Shown: positions 52,161-64,000 of the stretch, piece after piece
How the letters are laid out: every line of letters starts with the position of its first letter
Position numbering within the stretch: position 1 is the stretch's first letter
Source of the DNA: Bigelowiella natans CCMP2755
Lineage: Eukaryota; Protista; Cercozoa
Assembly (NCBI GenBank): GCA_000320545.1
Contig: ADNK01000257.1
Span: 39,918 to 103,917, forward strand
Direction: 5' to 3'
DNA length: 64,000 nucleotides
The notes under the pieces: model-generated
Told to the model about the DNA's origin: nothing
The model's input: the letters and a program-made list of their open reading frames with translations, nothing else
Databases searched by the model: none
Program-made: the position numbers and the translations under genes

Positions 52161-53145
52161 GTAGTCACAGAATGTATGTGTTGAGAAATTATTGCTTGCA
52201 TGTGTGTATACACATATGCATTGTGAGAGTCATATTTATTTGTCAACGGTCATCTTTATCAACGGTTGATAATAAAGTGTGTGACGCCTATAGCAGACGT
52301 AGTTGCATGATGTCCATTGTAGCTCATGCCATTCGAAGTGTATAGCATCACGTGGTAGTGATGTAACGGCCGCGTATAGACTAAACTAAGCATCAAGTAG
52401 CACTTGTAGCATACAAAAATTCAGTAAATCTGGTGGACAGCATACACGTCTAGAAATACGTAGCATGTAAATTGCATGTGAGATGTAATGAAGTGATTAA
52501 ATATTTTGAATAGTCATCCTAATGTAATCGTGCAAAGCAGCGGCTACGGTGCTCATTTTTTGTCTATTTGTCTCTACTATTATGTGCTTCATGCATTTAA
52601 AAGCGTCCATGTATGTTCTGTGGTCGATGTGATAGCTATATATGTCGCGCATCGCAATACGCGTACGCGCAGCTGGCCACGAATAATATTCATTGTCTCT
52701 ACTGTGCAACGAAGTTACGCTGATAATCGCACAATAGCGAAATTAACTTGAAACGAGATTCTTCAAAAGTCGCCTAGTAATAATACTCTGTCTTAATTGC
52801 GAGTGTTCAAGCAGACGTGCCCATGCGTATGCGCGTTTGCCAAGCCATACTTTATAGTGCTGCCGAAATCACTGATAGCATCTTTTATTACACTGCTATG
52901 CGACACGCATGCAGTATGTAGCCACATATACATATGTCGAGATGTATATGCGGATGGACCCGCTGTTGGGAAAGCAGGCTGACAGCTAGTGTGTCACTTC
53001 ACATATTTTACAGTCTATCCAGTAAATATCATATATATTATTTACGATCGTGTACAACTATCATTGTCTATGTTTATCGACTAGAAGCTGGAAAATTTAT
53101 CTAGCATGCAGAGCAAGCGCCTGTGACGCCTTGTTAGATAGATCA

Positions 53146-53847
53146 TCATTGAACGCTGCTAACCTGTTCGTAGATGGAGTTCGTCCACTTTCCTGGTTGG
53201 AGGACAGTGTAGAATGCCAACCTCGAATACGTTACGTTCTCGTAGTAAGTACGTTCAGGATCATGGAGGAAATATTCCGTTCGTGTTCCCAGAGCACCTT
53301 TCACTGTGGTACATCCAGAAACCATTAGGGCATGGCCCCCTCCCTTTTCCCACATGATTATGGGCATCACAGGGCGTCCAGACATGAGAGTTTGCTGCAG
53401 CTGAGTCTCCGTGATCAATCCGTCGACCTTAAAGGTGCGACTAATATACTCATTTGCAACCTTTCCAATTGTCTTGACGTCCTCCCCATCAGCGCCACAT
53501 CCCCTGTGCTTGTTGTACGGGCAACACTGTGTGTGCAGATCCGTCGACACGACGTCACATTCGACGCTTTCACAAGTCGCGTTCGCGCCAGTTACTCCGT
53601 AGTAAAACGCCATCTCGGAAATACCTGTAGCCCAGCACCAGTCCATCCCCTGCTGCTTGCACGCGGGCATCTTTGGGCGGAGGTCGATCGAACAGTTGGC
53701 CGGCAGCTGCGTAAGATTGCGATGCTCGTCGAACACTCTCTCAAAGTTCTTGAGATATCGGGCAGCTTCATCTTTGGAGAACCTGACGCCAGGGCCGACA
53801 GCGAGTGCCAGAGCGGGTAAGAAGGTGGTGAGCAATATGTTCACCAT
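53146..53847 (-). CDS. Intronless secreted papain-fold cysteine protease (AvrRpt2/C39-like), 233 aa
   Basis: Signal peptide MVNILLTTFLPALALA; QQGMDWCWA (Cys), GGGHALMVSG (His), LHDP (Asp). Confidence 0.8.
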   Translation of the reverse strand: MVNILLTTFLPALALAVGPGVRFSKDEAARYLKNFERVFDEHRNLTQLPANCSIDLRPKMPACKQQGMDWCWATGISEMAFYYGVTGANATCESVECDVVSTDLHTQCCPYNKHRGCGADGEDVKTIGKVANEYISRTFKVDGLITETQLQQTLMSGRPVMPIIMWEKGGGHALMVSGCTTVKGALGTRTEYFLHDPERTYYENVTYSRLAFYTVLQPGKWTNSIYEQVSSVQ

Positions 53848-54687
53848 TTCAGATGAGTCCACCAGAAGATGATGGTGCTCTGCAACAGTCGCGACTAAGA
53901 CAGATCTCGAACCATCGTTGTTTAGAATTACATACCATTTGTAAACAAAGATGATGTATTTTTGTTGTCGCAACATCTAAAATATGTTGCCTTTTGTTGT
54001 CGCAGTGTTCACAATTGCCTCGTATTTTTGCTTTCAGAAGAGTGCACCGGCTATGTACATTGATAATTTGATGCAGCGGCAGATGCATGCTTGAAATTCA
54101 CCATCAAGGCACGCACGCGCATGCTTCACGAATGCAACGTTTAGTCCCGAAAAACCACCGCCAGCTGTAGTTCCATGCTAGAATGTGGAGTCATCATGCA
54201 GCACGTGGCACCGAATGTCGAAAGCTGTGTCACTTGATCGGTTTGCAAAAACATGCAAAGATTTGCAACTACTGCATGTCATTAGCGTCATTGGCGAAGT
54301 TTTGCATCTGTATTTCTGTGGAAGGCATAATTGGCGATTAACACATGTGACCAAACGTGCGTTGCAGATTGTCTGATTGTGCTTACTCAGAAATCACAAC
54401 AACGTACGCACTTGTGTCTCCTACATGTGTGCGATGTTATCTGGACGCTAGCTGATGTAGCTGCGACTAATCATCACGGCAGCAATGTACAGCGTGCGAT
54501 ACTCGGCATGATGAGATTTTATTAAAAATGAAATACGCATTTTCCGGCGTCGTCACATTTGTTTATATTTTCCCGGGGTAGAGCATGAAGCAGATTTCTG
54601 CTTTGTGAGATCTTACACTCTTGTGGAGAATATATTCTTTTATACTTCAAATACCTATGGACAGCTCGCAACGCTTGCTGATGAGAT

Positions 54688-56760
54688 CTACTTGATTGTG
54701 TACTTCTCATAGGTCTTATTTGGGTCGTACTGAGATGGTATAATTAATAATTATAAGAAGGGCATAAGAACAAATGCAGTGTGCGTCTTTTTAATACAAC
54801 GTTTTCTAATGTTGTTCACTACCACTTCCCAACGATTGACAGGGAATATATGCTTGTTCCTCTCGTAGTATGCACGTGTGATAATCTTTCCCGCATGCGA
54901 CTGCACATATCAGCGAAAAGCACGTAATAGTGAGTAAGAAGATCGATTTACCCCATATGAGACGTATTCAAGGAGAAAGTCACATTCTGACTAATATACT
55001 CTTTATCGTCATATTATAGTACCTCATCTTTCTCAACTCGAGTATCTTGAACCAACCTACATTGATGTAGTGGCGGTCCCAATCAACACGTGTGCGTTTA
55101 AGAATAATCATCGTAAAACACTTTCACATAATAATCATGTCCGAAAAGAGTATTTGAGCAGCTCCACACACCTTACGTCATCGTGGACATCGAAATGGAA
55201 CAGGGGGCCACTTTTACCACGTGCTTTCGTCACAATAAGATCGTAGAACGTATGTGTCTGTTTCAACACCGCCACACCACCAATAGATACAATGAATATC
55301 ATTACAATGTTGGTTTTGCCAAAATAAATACATGGAATAATAAATGCTAAGGCTTTTGACATTACCACTACTACTTCAATTACTACTACTGTTACTAGTG
55401 CTAGTACATTACATGTGGGATGATAACGTCTTCCTTGACGTAGATAAGGTTTTCTGGTGATACACCCCTTAATTCATGGAATTCATCCGACCTAATGATG
55501 ATGACGGCAACACACACAACATCATAAAGACACGCAAATCAAAGAGAGAATAGACGTATATTCTTAAATAGGGGGCCCAATAAGACATGGATATTAGAAA
55601 TAGGTACAGATCTCGCCGGCATTTCTCGAGGAATTTGACAATAGTAAGTCCCTTCGGAACAATAGTTTTCCGTCTATGTCCTGTGCCATCCCAGTAACTA
55701 TAGACGACTTCAATCTCCTCCTCTGATGAATGCAAGTTACGAATGATGATGATGGTGGTTTTGGTACTGCCTTAATCTTCCCCTCCCTCCCCTTCACACA
55801 AGTATATCATTATATATGTGTGTGTAGGTAGGATGTTTATGATTAATATGCGTTTGTAGGTGTTAATTACGTGGTGGTGTGAGTGAAAAGTGTGTGATGA
55901 TAAGGTTTTAAGAAAGGAAAAATAATATTCCCACTTTTCATGACTTCTTGTTTCTCTTTCCATTCCTGTTTTAACTGTTCACGAAGGCGCTTCTCTTCAT
56001 CTTCTCTCTCCCTACAACGAACAAAGATTACGGATGAAAAGAAAATGTCTTCAAATGCCGGTAGGGAGGCAATAACTTACTTATCAGGCAAGAAGGAAGT
56101 GTCAACAAATGGACATTTGACAGATTTCTTTGTCTTTTGCTTCTTCTGTGTCGAAGCTGATATGTGAGTTATCAAGGAGAAGTTTTTAGATTCCTGATTC
56201 ATTTCACATGTAATAAATCCAGCTTACATTCCTCTTGTTCTTCATCCCCGCCATCACCATCTTCATCTATTGAGAATGAGAGCGAAGATAGGGCTTTCTG
56301 ACGTTCCTTCTTCCGTTTCTTTTTTATTTTCTTTTTCGCTCTTTCTCTAAAAAACAATCAAAGTTTATATTTCTGTGCATCATCCCAGTTATTCTGTCAG
56401 AAAATCCACCGTATTCGCTGCTCATTCGCAATGGCTCTCTCCGCAAGCTGCCGCGCCTTTTTGAAGTCTTTGGCGCTAACAAGCCCAACTGTACTCTTCT
56501 TAAACCGGTCCTCCACCGCATTAGTACGTGTCTTGAACATTTTGTCTGATGGGGAAAGATGCTAGTCATTTCTCATTCATACTGAGGCAGTGAGAAGGTT
56601 ATGGCTACCCATGCTTTGGAGCCCCCCTGCATTTTCATCCCTGATCGATTTCTGCAATCGTTCGAATTCTGCCTTTTGTGCCTCTCGCTGGCGTGCGAGT
56701 TTTGATGCACGGTTTCCATCTCCTACTGTTCCTGAGAAAGCAAAACAAGTTAGTTTCTTC

Positions 56761-56851
<91 letters not shown>

Positions 56852-56884
56852 AACGAACATACTAGTACCTTTATAGTGTGCCAT
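54688..56884 (-). CDS. FAM50A: FAM50/XAP5 (XCT) nuclear protein, multi-exon
   Basis: MAHYKG|[94 protein letters not shown]. Confidence 0.95.
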
Positions 56885-57252
56885 TCTTGTCTGTTCAAGT
56901 TTCGGTGATTTTTGTAGCGGGGGGAGATACGATGATTTTGGAGGTAGGAACGCTTTGCTGACCTTTAGACCCACTGACCAAGGAAAAAGTGCGCGGATGA
57001 CGACAAAAATAGCGTAAATCCAACCAGATAAGATATTATTTTATGTCGCACATAAGAAAAGGATGGTTATCTAATCTTTCTTTACACGATGCCTGACCTT
57101 CAAGCAGGTTTATGTGAGTCTGGATCGTGAGTCCGACACGTGTCGAATGGAATCCCATCCGGAACAATGCCCGACACCTCTTCACGCTGCTTGATAACAA
57201 TCAGAAGAGAAGCTGTCGTAATGTAATAGCCACTACATTTTGAGGAGGAATA

Positions 57253-58024
57253 ATGCAGACGGGGGACGAGACACATCCTCTGAATAATGGGTTTCACAAA
57301 CCAAGGAGGAGGAGGAGGAGGGGGAGGAGAGATTTGGGAGCCAGAGCCATCTTTCTATTGCTGGTAGTCTTATGCCTCCGGAGCACCTTAAATGGAAGCA
57401 GCCGCCCTAAAAATGTTGCCCAAAGTTCGTCTTTTCCCAACTTGGCGCTCCTGGATGAACCTGACGGTGGACAAGGAGACGCAGACGAGTGATTCCTTTT
57501 ACTACTAACCGAGAGGAGAGGGAAGTCCTTCTCTTTGATGAATTCACTCATTTATATTTTGGCATGTTGTGATATTCGTAAAGGGCTAACACGATCATCG
57601 TGAAGCGTCATGGAAAACTCATACGAGTTCCAAAGCGAGGAAACCATCAAAGTTCGTTGTATATTTCTGGTGCGGTGATATTGCCAGCTACTCAGCCACT
57701 CTCTCCTGCTCTCTTTATTCCTTATTTTCAGAAGCATATGACCCAATGAAACAATGGAACAACGTTGGGATACAATTTCCTGGGTGAGAACACGTACCGC
57801 GTGAATAATCCAACCCCTGATGCAGCAGTATCTTTAGGCCACCGAAAGCGGGACAGGAACGGGAGAAAGAGCAGGAATTGTTGACCCCGGCTGAAATGGC
57901 TGAGAAAATGGCTGAAAAAAGGCGCAAAGCTCGACTGGCAGAAGAAAGGAAGATGAGGGAAGAAGACCCGTTGGGAACATCCGAGTGGTTTTATAATGAC
58001 CAGCATGGAAATCGAAAGAAGTAG
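57253..58024 (+). CDS. Small multi-exon protein of unknown function, possible N-terminal signal/targeting peptide
   Basis: Hydrophobic ARAIFLLLVVLCL near the N-terminus; last exon ..LTPAEMAEKMAEKRRKARLAEERKMREEDPLGTSEWFYNDQHGNRKK*. Confidence 0.45.
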
Positions 58025-58429
58025 GATTGTAGCACCTCTTCTTTCAAAAAACCGTAGCATTGAGTAGAACAGCCGATACTATCGTTGCACCAGAATTATA
58101 TCGAGCAAATATTACAAGCTCATATTCATTCTTGCATAGGTGCCTCCTGAAGGAACTACCAGATCGCTTGAAAGCTAACAGCGTGAACTTTGACACGTAA
58201 CTACAACTAGTTTAGCACGAAACATCAGTTGCTATAACAGGTCTCTGACGCTCTTGTTGTTTGCCGTGTTTCAGATATGTCTACACACATTCTGCAGTTT
58301 TTAAGAAACTTAGTAATTGGGTTAGAATAAGGTAGTGCCACACAGCAGTCGATGTGTTCTCATTGCCTGTTTAGCACGAGGCTACTCCTTACACGACGAA
58401 AAACTAGTGCGAACGTAAGAGATAGACAG

Positions 58430-59796
58430 GAATGTGTTATGTATGGTGGAATGTTACAGAGAGTTTCCAGAGCTGCAAGAATACCTCGAGGCAAAGATAT
58501 TTGGTAAGAAAGGGGTTTGAGGAGGGGAACTTCGCTAGAGTTGCTAGAACATATTTAGCATGAATGTGAGGGGGGGGTGTTGTATTGTCGCTCTCCAATT
58601 ACTTTTCTATGAGCTTTCCGATGAAACTTTGCAGTCATTTTGCCGCAACGTAGCGAAGATACACTGTAACATTCCACTTTGGATCGTTTAGTCTCCTTTT
58701 TCATAATATTGACTACTGCACCACACCAGTTGTTCCGTCAATCCTCTTCCTTCTTACTCCTTTTATGTCATCATCACTACCGTCATCCTCATCCTCATCA
58801 TCATCATCATCACCATCATCGATGATCGATGATCGGAGGTGAATAGCATCTGAAATTAGATACGTGCACAGGACAAGATCTGAACCGCTTGGAAGCTTTG
58901 GCGGGGTTGTCGCCAATGAAGAAGAACGATACCAAGAAAACTTTAGGTATCCTTATTATTACTTCTAATACTACTACTAATGATAATAACAATAATAACA
59001 ATAATTGCGCTGGTAATCGTGATTCGAGATATTGTGACGATGGTGAGGGACATCATTGATGTTTTTCTTTGAAATCCAACACACACATACACATACACAT
59101 ACACACACCCTACAATTTTTTAGAGGAGGAAGTAGCAGACGTGATGGGTAAGATCTCTGAGGACCAGTACCACATGTACGCTCTCAACTCTGCTGGTTGG
59201 TGCGCAATGTGCTGCGTTCGTCGTCTCCCCCCGCCCTCATCCTCGTCGTACTCATCTGCAAATTTGTGATAATGGAGGTTTGGATGGGGACGAGGAGGAC
59301 AAAAGAATGATCATGATGATGGTGTTGATGACGATGATTGTGATGACTATTTTCGTGTCTGATGTTTGAAAATGCTGCAGAATAGCAAGCCAGAAACAAT
59401 TAGTAATATGATTACAGGTGTGTCCGCTGTCATGATCGATATGAAAGCATTCAACAAGACCATGAGGGAGGTTCGTTATAGTACGTGATTAGGAATCACC
59501 ACACTTAGTGCATGCATTCACTGGAACCTATGTTGGCAGCCAGCAGCACATCTACCTCTCTTCCTCTCGTTGTGTGTGTGTGTGTGTATTGTGCTGTGAG
59601 CAATTGTCGCTTATTCATTTTAGTTGAAAGAGATAATGGCAGACCCAGTACCTGCGACAATGATTGAGCAGAAAAAGGTCGCCAACTAAGCAAAAGCAGA
59701 TCACTACGACGCCAATGACAGATAGACGTTTTGCAGCTACTCCTGTTGTTGTTGTTGCTGCTGCTGCTGCTGGGTATTGATTTGATCCATCGTGCA

Positions 59797-59832
<36 letters not shown>

Positions 59833-61110
59833 CTTTGTCCGTGTTCGGCTAGATCGTACTCGAAAGCATGAAGGTGTTGTCCAATTGCACTGGGTGTATT
59901 ACGAAGACGATGACAGACCTAGCCACCTACATGATCGGTAGGTAGCAGAGAAAAGAAGTCGTCGTACTACCACCTTTGTCGTTTAACCATTGCTAATTCT
60001 GTAATCCTGCCTTACTAGAAGTGCAGAAGAGTGTTGTTTTTGTTTCTGTTGTGATATCAAGAGAAGAGAGATACCATGAATCATCTACCGCGACAACTGC
60101 CGCCATATAGAATCTCCTTCCTGTACCCCCCTTCCTGTTTTTCTTCTCAAATATAGAAAAAGACGTTGATTATGTGAACGAGACGTTCGTCAGCGAGCGA
60201 CGGGAGCACATTGATCAACTTTCAAGAAATTGTCAGATACAGATGAAGAGGACATACAACACGATGAGAGCATATGGTCATAATGCATCTTCATCTTGGA
60301 TGATGACACAATTTTGATGATAAAATCAAATCTGCACTAATTTCAAGTGATGATATGCTAACCGATATGAATACTTATACTTGCAGCTTTCAAAGAGAAT
60401 CACATCGATATTGCGGACTCTCCTTCGATACATGCGAAGGTTGCTGTTATTATCTAAACCACCGGTTAATACTCTCTTCCTACTCGTGCATGGAAAATGC
60501 GCTTCCTAAATCTTCTGTGCTTCTTTTATTCCCTCTCGCTATCCACTACTACCTCCACCACCACCATGGTCATGTCACCGCCATCATCATCATCATCAAC
60601 AACATCTTTATCATCATTGTTGTACCCAGAATCCCAAGAAAAAACAGTCGGAAAAAACCGATCCAGATCGCCTTATTGATAAGGACGACAAAAAGCAATT
60701 CGCGGTGTGTGTTTCCTTCTCGCTTCCACCATCGCTCCTGCCTATATGTTTTGCTGCTAGCATATTTTCTGTGCTTATTGTTGCTTCGCTCTCTACCCAT
60801 CATGCAGTCAATTTGCCTAATAATTAGGCTGAGCTTGAAGATTTGCGCCAACGGAAGAAGCAAGCACGAGGAGAGCGTAATCGAACCAGAATAGAGAAAA
60901 AAGCTCGAGCATCTGCAGAAAAGAAATTACAGCTTGAGGTGGCGCCAGCAGCAACAAGCTGAGACAAACTTATCAATTAATATTGACTTTCGTCAATGCT
61001 TTGAATTCTTAGGCATATTTGTTGAAGCTTCCAGCAATGACACTCTTGCAAGCCAGGCGTTTTCTTGCTGGAATTATGGACTATAGTTCCCGCTATTTCG
61101 AACGCCACAC
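58430..61110 (-). CDS. Probable multi-exon gene of unknown function; limits uncertain
   Basis: Splice-bounded protein-like segments AELRAYMWYWSSEILP, CHRLRNTPSAIGQHLHAFEYDLAEHGQ and NSSEVPLLKPLSYQISLPRGILAALETLCNIPPY separated by microsatellite introns. Confidence 0.35.
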
Positions 61111-61189
61111 GAAAGATACGCTAGAGAATTTCGTCAGGGTAGCTACATATGGAGGGAAGGGAGAGGGAGGGGGGGGCGCTTTATCTATA

Positions 61190-61248
61190 TCTTGACGCCG
61201 ATCTCTTCAATGCGAAAAATCTTGACGCCGATCTCTTCAATGCGAAAA
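61190..61248 (+). repeat. Exact tandem duplication, 30-bp period
   Basis: TCTTGACGCCGATCTCTTCAATGCGAAAA(A) x2 with no spacer. Confidence 0.95.
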
Positions 61249-61401
61249 TTTGTTCAGGTTGAACTCGCGGATGGGATCTCAGTAGAAAAAATGAGAGTGA
61301 TTCTTCAAGACATTGGATATCCGTACACCTATCTCTGGGGTAAGAACAAAGAGGAACTGACACAAATGTGTCACATGAATGGCATTAGCACTGAAAAATG
61401 A
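61210..61401 (+). CDS. Small ORF with SAP/HeH-like helix-extended-helix pattern
   Basis: SVEKMRVILQDIGYPYTYLWGKNKEELTQMC resembles the SAP/HeH consensus (L..L...G....G.K.EL). Confidence 0.35.
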   Translation: MRKILTPISSMRKFVQVELADGISVEKMRVILQDIGYPYTYLWGKNKEELTQMCHMNGISTEK

Positions 61402-62351
61402 TTTCAAATAAATCGATTCGATCCAATACACTGGAGTCTAACAATGGACTATATACACCAAGGCACTTTTATGTGCATTTGAGACCCTTTTGCATCAGCT
61501 GTGCATAGCTAGATAGTTGCGGTGATCGAAAGTTACTCTAGTACTGTCCGAAGTCGCACATGCACATGCCACATGCACGCGCGCACACTATGCTATGCAG
61601 GTGCGACTGCATGCATGGACACATCGCCGAGCAGCATTCATATATACATAGGCTCGGCGCCAACTAAACAAGCATGGAGCTGATGTTCATGCACAGTGAT
61701 GGCTAGATGGCCTACCAAGCTTCTACGTTGTCTGGTGTATTGTTGCTGCATGCCACCGCACGCAATTGTTGCATGGCATCCCATGATCATTGCCATTCTA
61801 GCATGGTAGTTGTGGTGCATGGGTTTGACCCCCACGCATTGAATGAATGAAACAACAAAGCCGGTGGAATGATTGTGCAGGCGCAATTGACATTCGACAC
61901 GATGCACCGACAACATGCTGCGCTGCTCGCGCGATGCATCACCTCAAGCATTCCGTGGCTAGACGCCGCATAAATGCGAGGGCTTGTGTTTGGTCAATCA
62001 TGAGACTACGAGTACAAACCAAGAGACAGGCGCCGAAAGACGACGAGCACAGTGTGGACGAGCTACACGAATCTCCAGCAGATTTAATGGAGTACAAAAA
62101 GAAGGCAAACATGGGATTTGACCATAAAACTGTGGATGCCATCGTGTCGTTGTGTGTAAATCGCCCTCGTTTTAGCCTCTTCGGATAGGCAGATAGTAAC
62201 CGACGTTCCGGAGCCCAACTGGCATACATACACACACCACCAAGACAACAAACAACACAGCAGCGGGGAGGATCTTCACAACGACTTGATAGAATCAACC
62301 ACGCTCTCTATTCGAACTGAGCGAATCTAGCCAAGGCGGAGAGGGAAAATT

Positions 62352-63564
62352 ATGGCATCACTTTCTTCCAATAATTCGTTCGCACCCCCACCACCTCCTT
62401 TGGATGGTGAGGAGGGGACTCATCCACGCACATCCTCGACAGCTTCAGCTACGCTTCCCCCTCCTGAAAGTCATGCACAAGACTTAGAACACAAGGAGAC
62501 CAGGGAGACCGCGGAGGCTAAACTAGTGGTGCTGCCTTTAATGCAACGTCAAGTCTCCTCTGAGTCCTCTGGGGCCTCTGGAATCAGAAGCTGGAGTATA
62601 ATAGACGTGTCGGACTTCGTTGCTGGGATGGGGAAAGACCAAAGATGGCTAGACTATGCACAACTTGTCGCGGAGAAAAAAATCGACGGAGGGCGGCTTG
62701 TTGCAGCTAATATGCAATTTTTGTGCGACCAGGGATTCCACAAAAACCATGCAAGTAAGGTCATGAGAGAGGTTGCCAAGCTGAAATCGTTGAAGAAGGT
62801 TCCCCGCCCATCAGAACTCAACATCGCACGGTCAAGATTTACCTCTGCATCAACGTTGGCAACGATAACGACGGCTGTACCAACACGACAAATGTCAACG
62901 ATGGTTCTGGAGGATCCTGTTATTGAAGAAGAGGAAGAAGAAGCACCAAAGGAGGTGAGTAGTATGTGATATGAATCCTTGGTATCCTCCTCCTCCTCCT
63001 CCTTCCATTACCCCGCATAATCCACCAATAATAGAAATATGTCGTCTTTCCTCTAGATGTCTGGATGGCTATGGAAGTCTGGTAGAATCAATACAGCTAT
63101 GCAGAAAAGGTGGTTTTCATTCGATGCGGACCAAAAGAAGGTGATCGATTTGAAGTAGTACTCCTCATGTGAGCTTGGCACTAAGTTGCTGCGATTTATT
63201 AGGTAAAGTATTTCAAGGACGAAAACGCTGAGAAGCCCCTGGGAGAAGTGTAATGCAGTGCTTGGAAAACATACCGTTGATGATTCTTAGTTCGAATTAA
63301 CTAAAATAGGATGTTGGACAATGCTGTTCTGTCGCTGCAGACCGAGGAGGACAAAAACGCGATTAATTTGGTAATTATTGAGTTATCATAAAGTTTATGC
63401 AAGCTCGTATGATTACATTCACACAAGTCTTTAAATGGCACTGAACACGAGAAAATTATGTGTATGTGTATGTGTGTGTGTGTGTGTGTGTGTCATAGTT
63501 GAAGAATATGTACGCGAGAACCACTATCTGCGAACATATATCAGCTGCTGAGCTTCTGCTGATG

Positions 63565-63640
<76 letters not shown>

Positions 63641-63742
63641 CAGGCTTTGCCGGGATTGTTAATGGTGAGGAACATGATCATCAAGGCTGAAAAACGGGAA
63701 GTGCTTGATGCTTGGATCACGGTTTTCAGAAGCCACACCAAT
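62352..63742 (+). CDS. SAM + PH domain protein, 3' incomplete
   Basis: SWSIIDVSDFV..YAQLVAEKKIDGGRL (SAM); MSGWLWKSGRINTAMQKRWFSF, KYFKDE and IIKAEKREVLDAWITVF (PH). Confidence 0.82.
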
Positions 63743-63827
63743 GTAACTTACTTTATTCGATATCAAAACTCAACATAATGACGTTAATATAAATAATTAC
63801 AAGAGACCACAATAGGTGGGAACAAAT

Positions 63828-63968
63828 CTCTCACTCTTCCTCTCCCCTCTTCCTCTCCCCTCTTCCTCTCCCACTCTTCCTCTCCCCTCTTCCTCTCCCC
63901 TCTTCCTCTCCCCTCTTCCTCTCCCCTCTTCCTCTCCCCTCTTCCTCTCCCCTCTTCCTCTCCCCTCT
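63828..63968 (+). repeat. 13-bp minisatellite (TCTCCCCTCTTCC)n, about 10-11 copies, intronic
   Basis: Directly visible; followed by a poly-G run at the window end. Confidence 0.95.
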
Positions 63969-64000
63969 AGACCGTAACGGGGGGGGGGGGGGGAGGGGGG

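Noticed and set aside
61105-61142. F-box-like YPDEIL*RIF (minus strand) suggesting TAG recoding
   Set aside because: TAG is a normal stop in confident genes here (FAM50A), the downstream F-box pattern is missing, and chance is likely.
61190-61248. 30-bp direct repeat as a CRISPR array
   Set aside because: Two adjacent copies, no spacer, no cas genes, eukaryotic context.
63975-64000. Terminal poly-G and adjacent C-rich minisatellite as a telomere
   Set aside because: Not a telomeric repeat; it lies in an intron of the SAM-PH gene, and similar G runs occur in other introns (35462-35481).

Overview
Gene-dense eukaryotic (protist-like) nuclear DNA with GT-AG introns, many packed with microsatellites. 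My impression is a rhizarian/chlorarachniophyte-type genome, but the sequence alone cannot establish this. Recognisable host genes: flavin-reductase-like protein, class II HDAC, TMEM2/CEMIP-like G8 protein, PGAM-like histidine phosphatase, Tudor protein, CxxC redoxin, a large USP7/40/47-type deubiquitinase, NTF2-like protein, a secreted papain-fold protease, FAM50/XAP5 and a SAM+PH protein (3' incomplete). Mobile DNA: a young, intact Ty3/gypsy element (5179-10894; apparently identical 326-bp LTRs, TGAA TSD) whose Pol ends in a degenerate DIRS-type adenine-methyltransferase-like domain, and a defective PIF/Harbinger element (11064-13632) with ~340-bp inverted ends. The strongest unexplained signal is sharply bounded kilobase patches almost devoid of TpA (3 in ~1.75 kb at 31908-33662; 7 in 1.14 kb at 11401-12540), with TpG/CpA excess. 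Conserved Tyr codons there read Cys/His, and surviving TpA falls mainly in Y-TA-R context. This looks like a context-specific TpA->TpG/CpA hypermutation process (the reverse of fungal RIP) acting on TE and 3'-intergenic DNA while sparing host gene bodies. Inside the largest patch lies a two-exon gene combining PARP-type Zn finger, HNH/DCL-like, XPA-like and HMG-box modules. All counts and exon boundaries were read by eye; domain calls rest on remembered motifs, not database searches.
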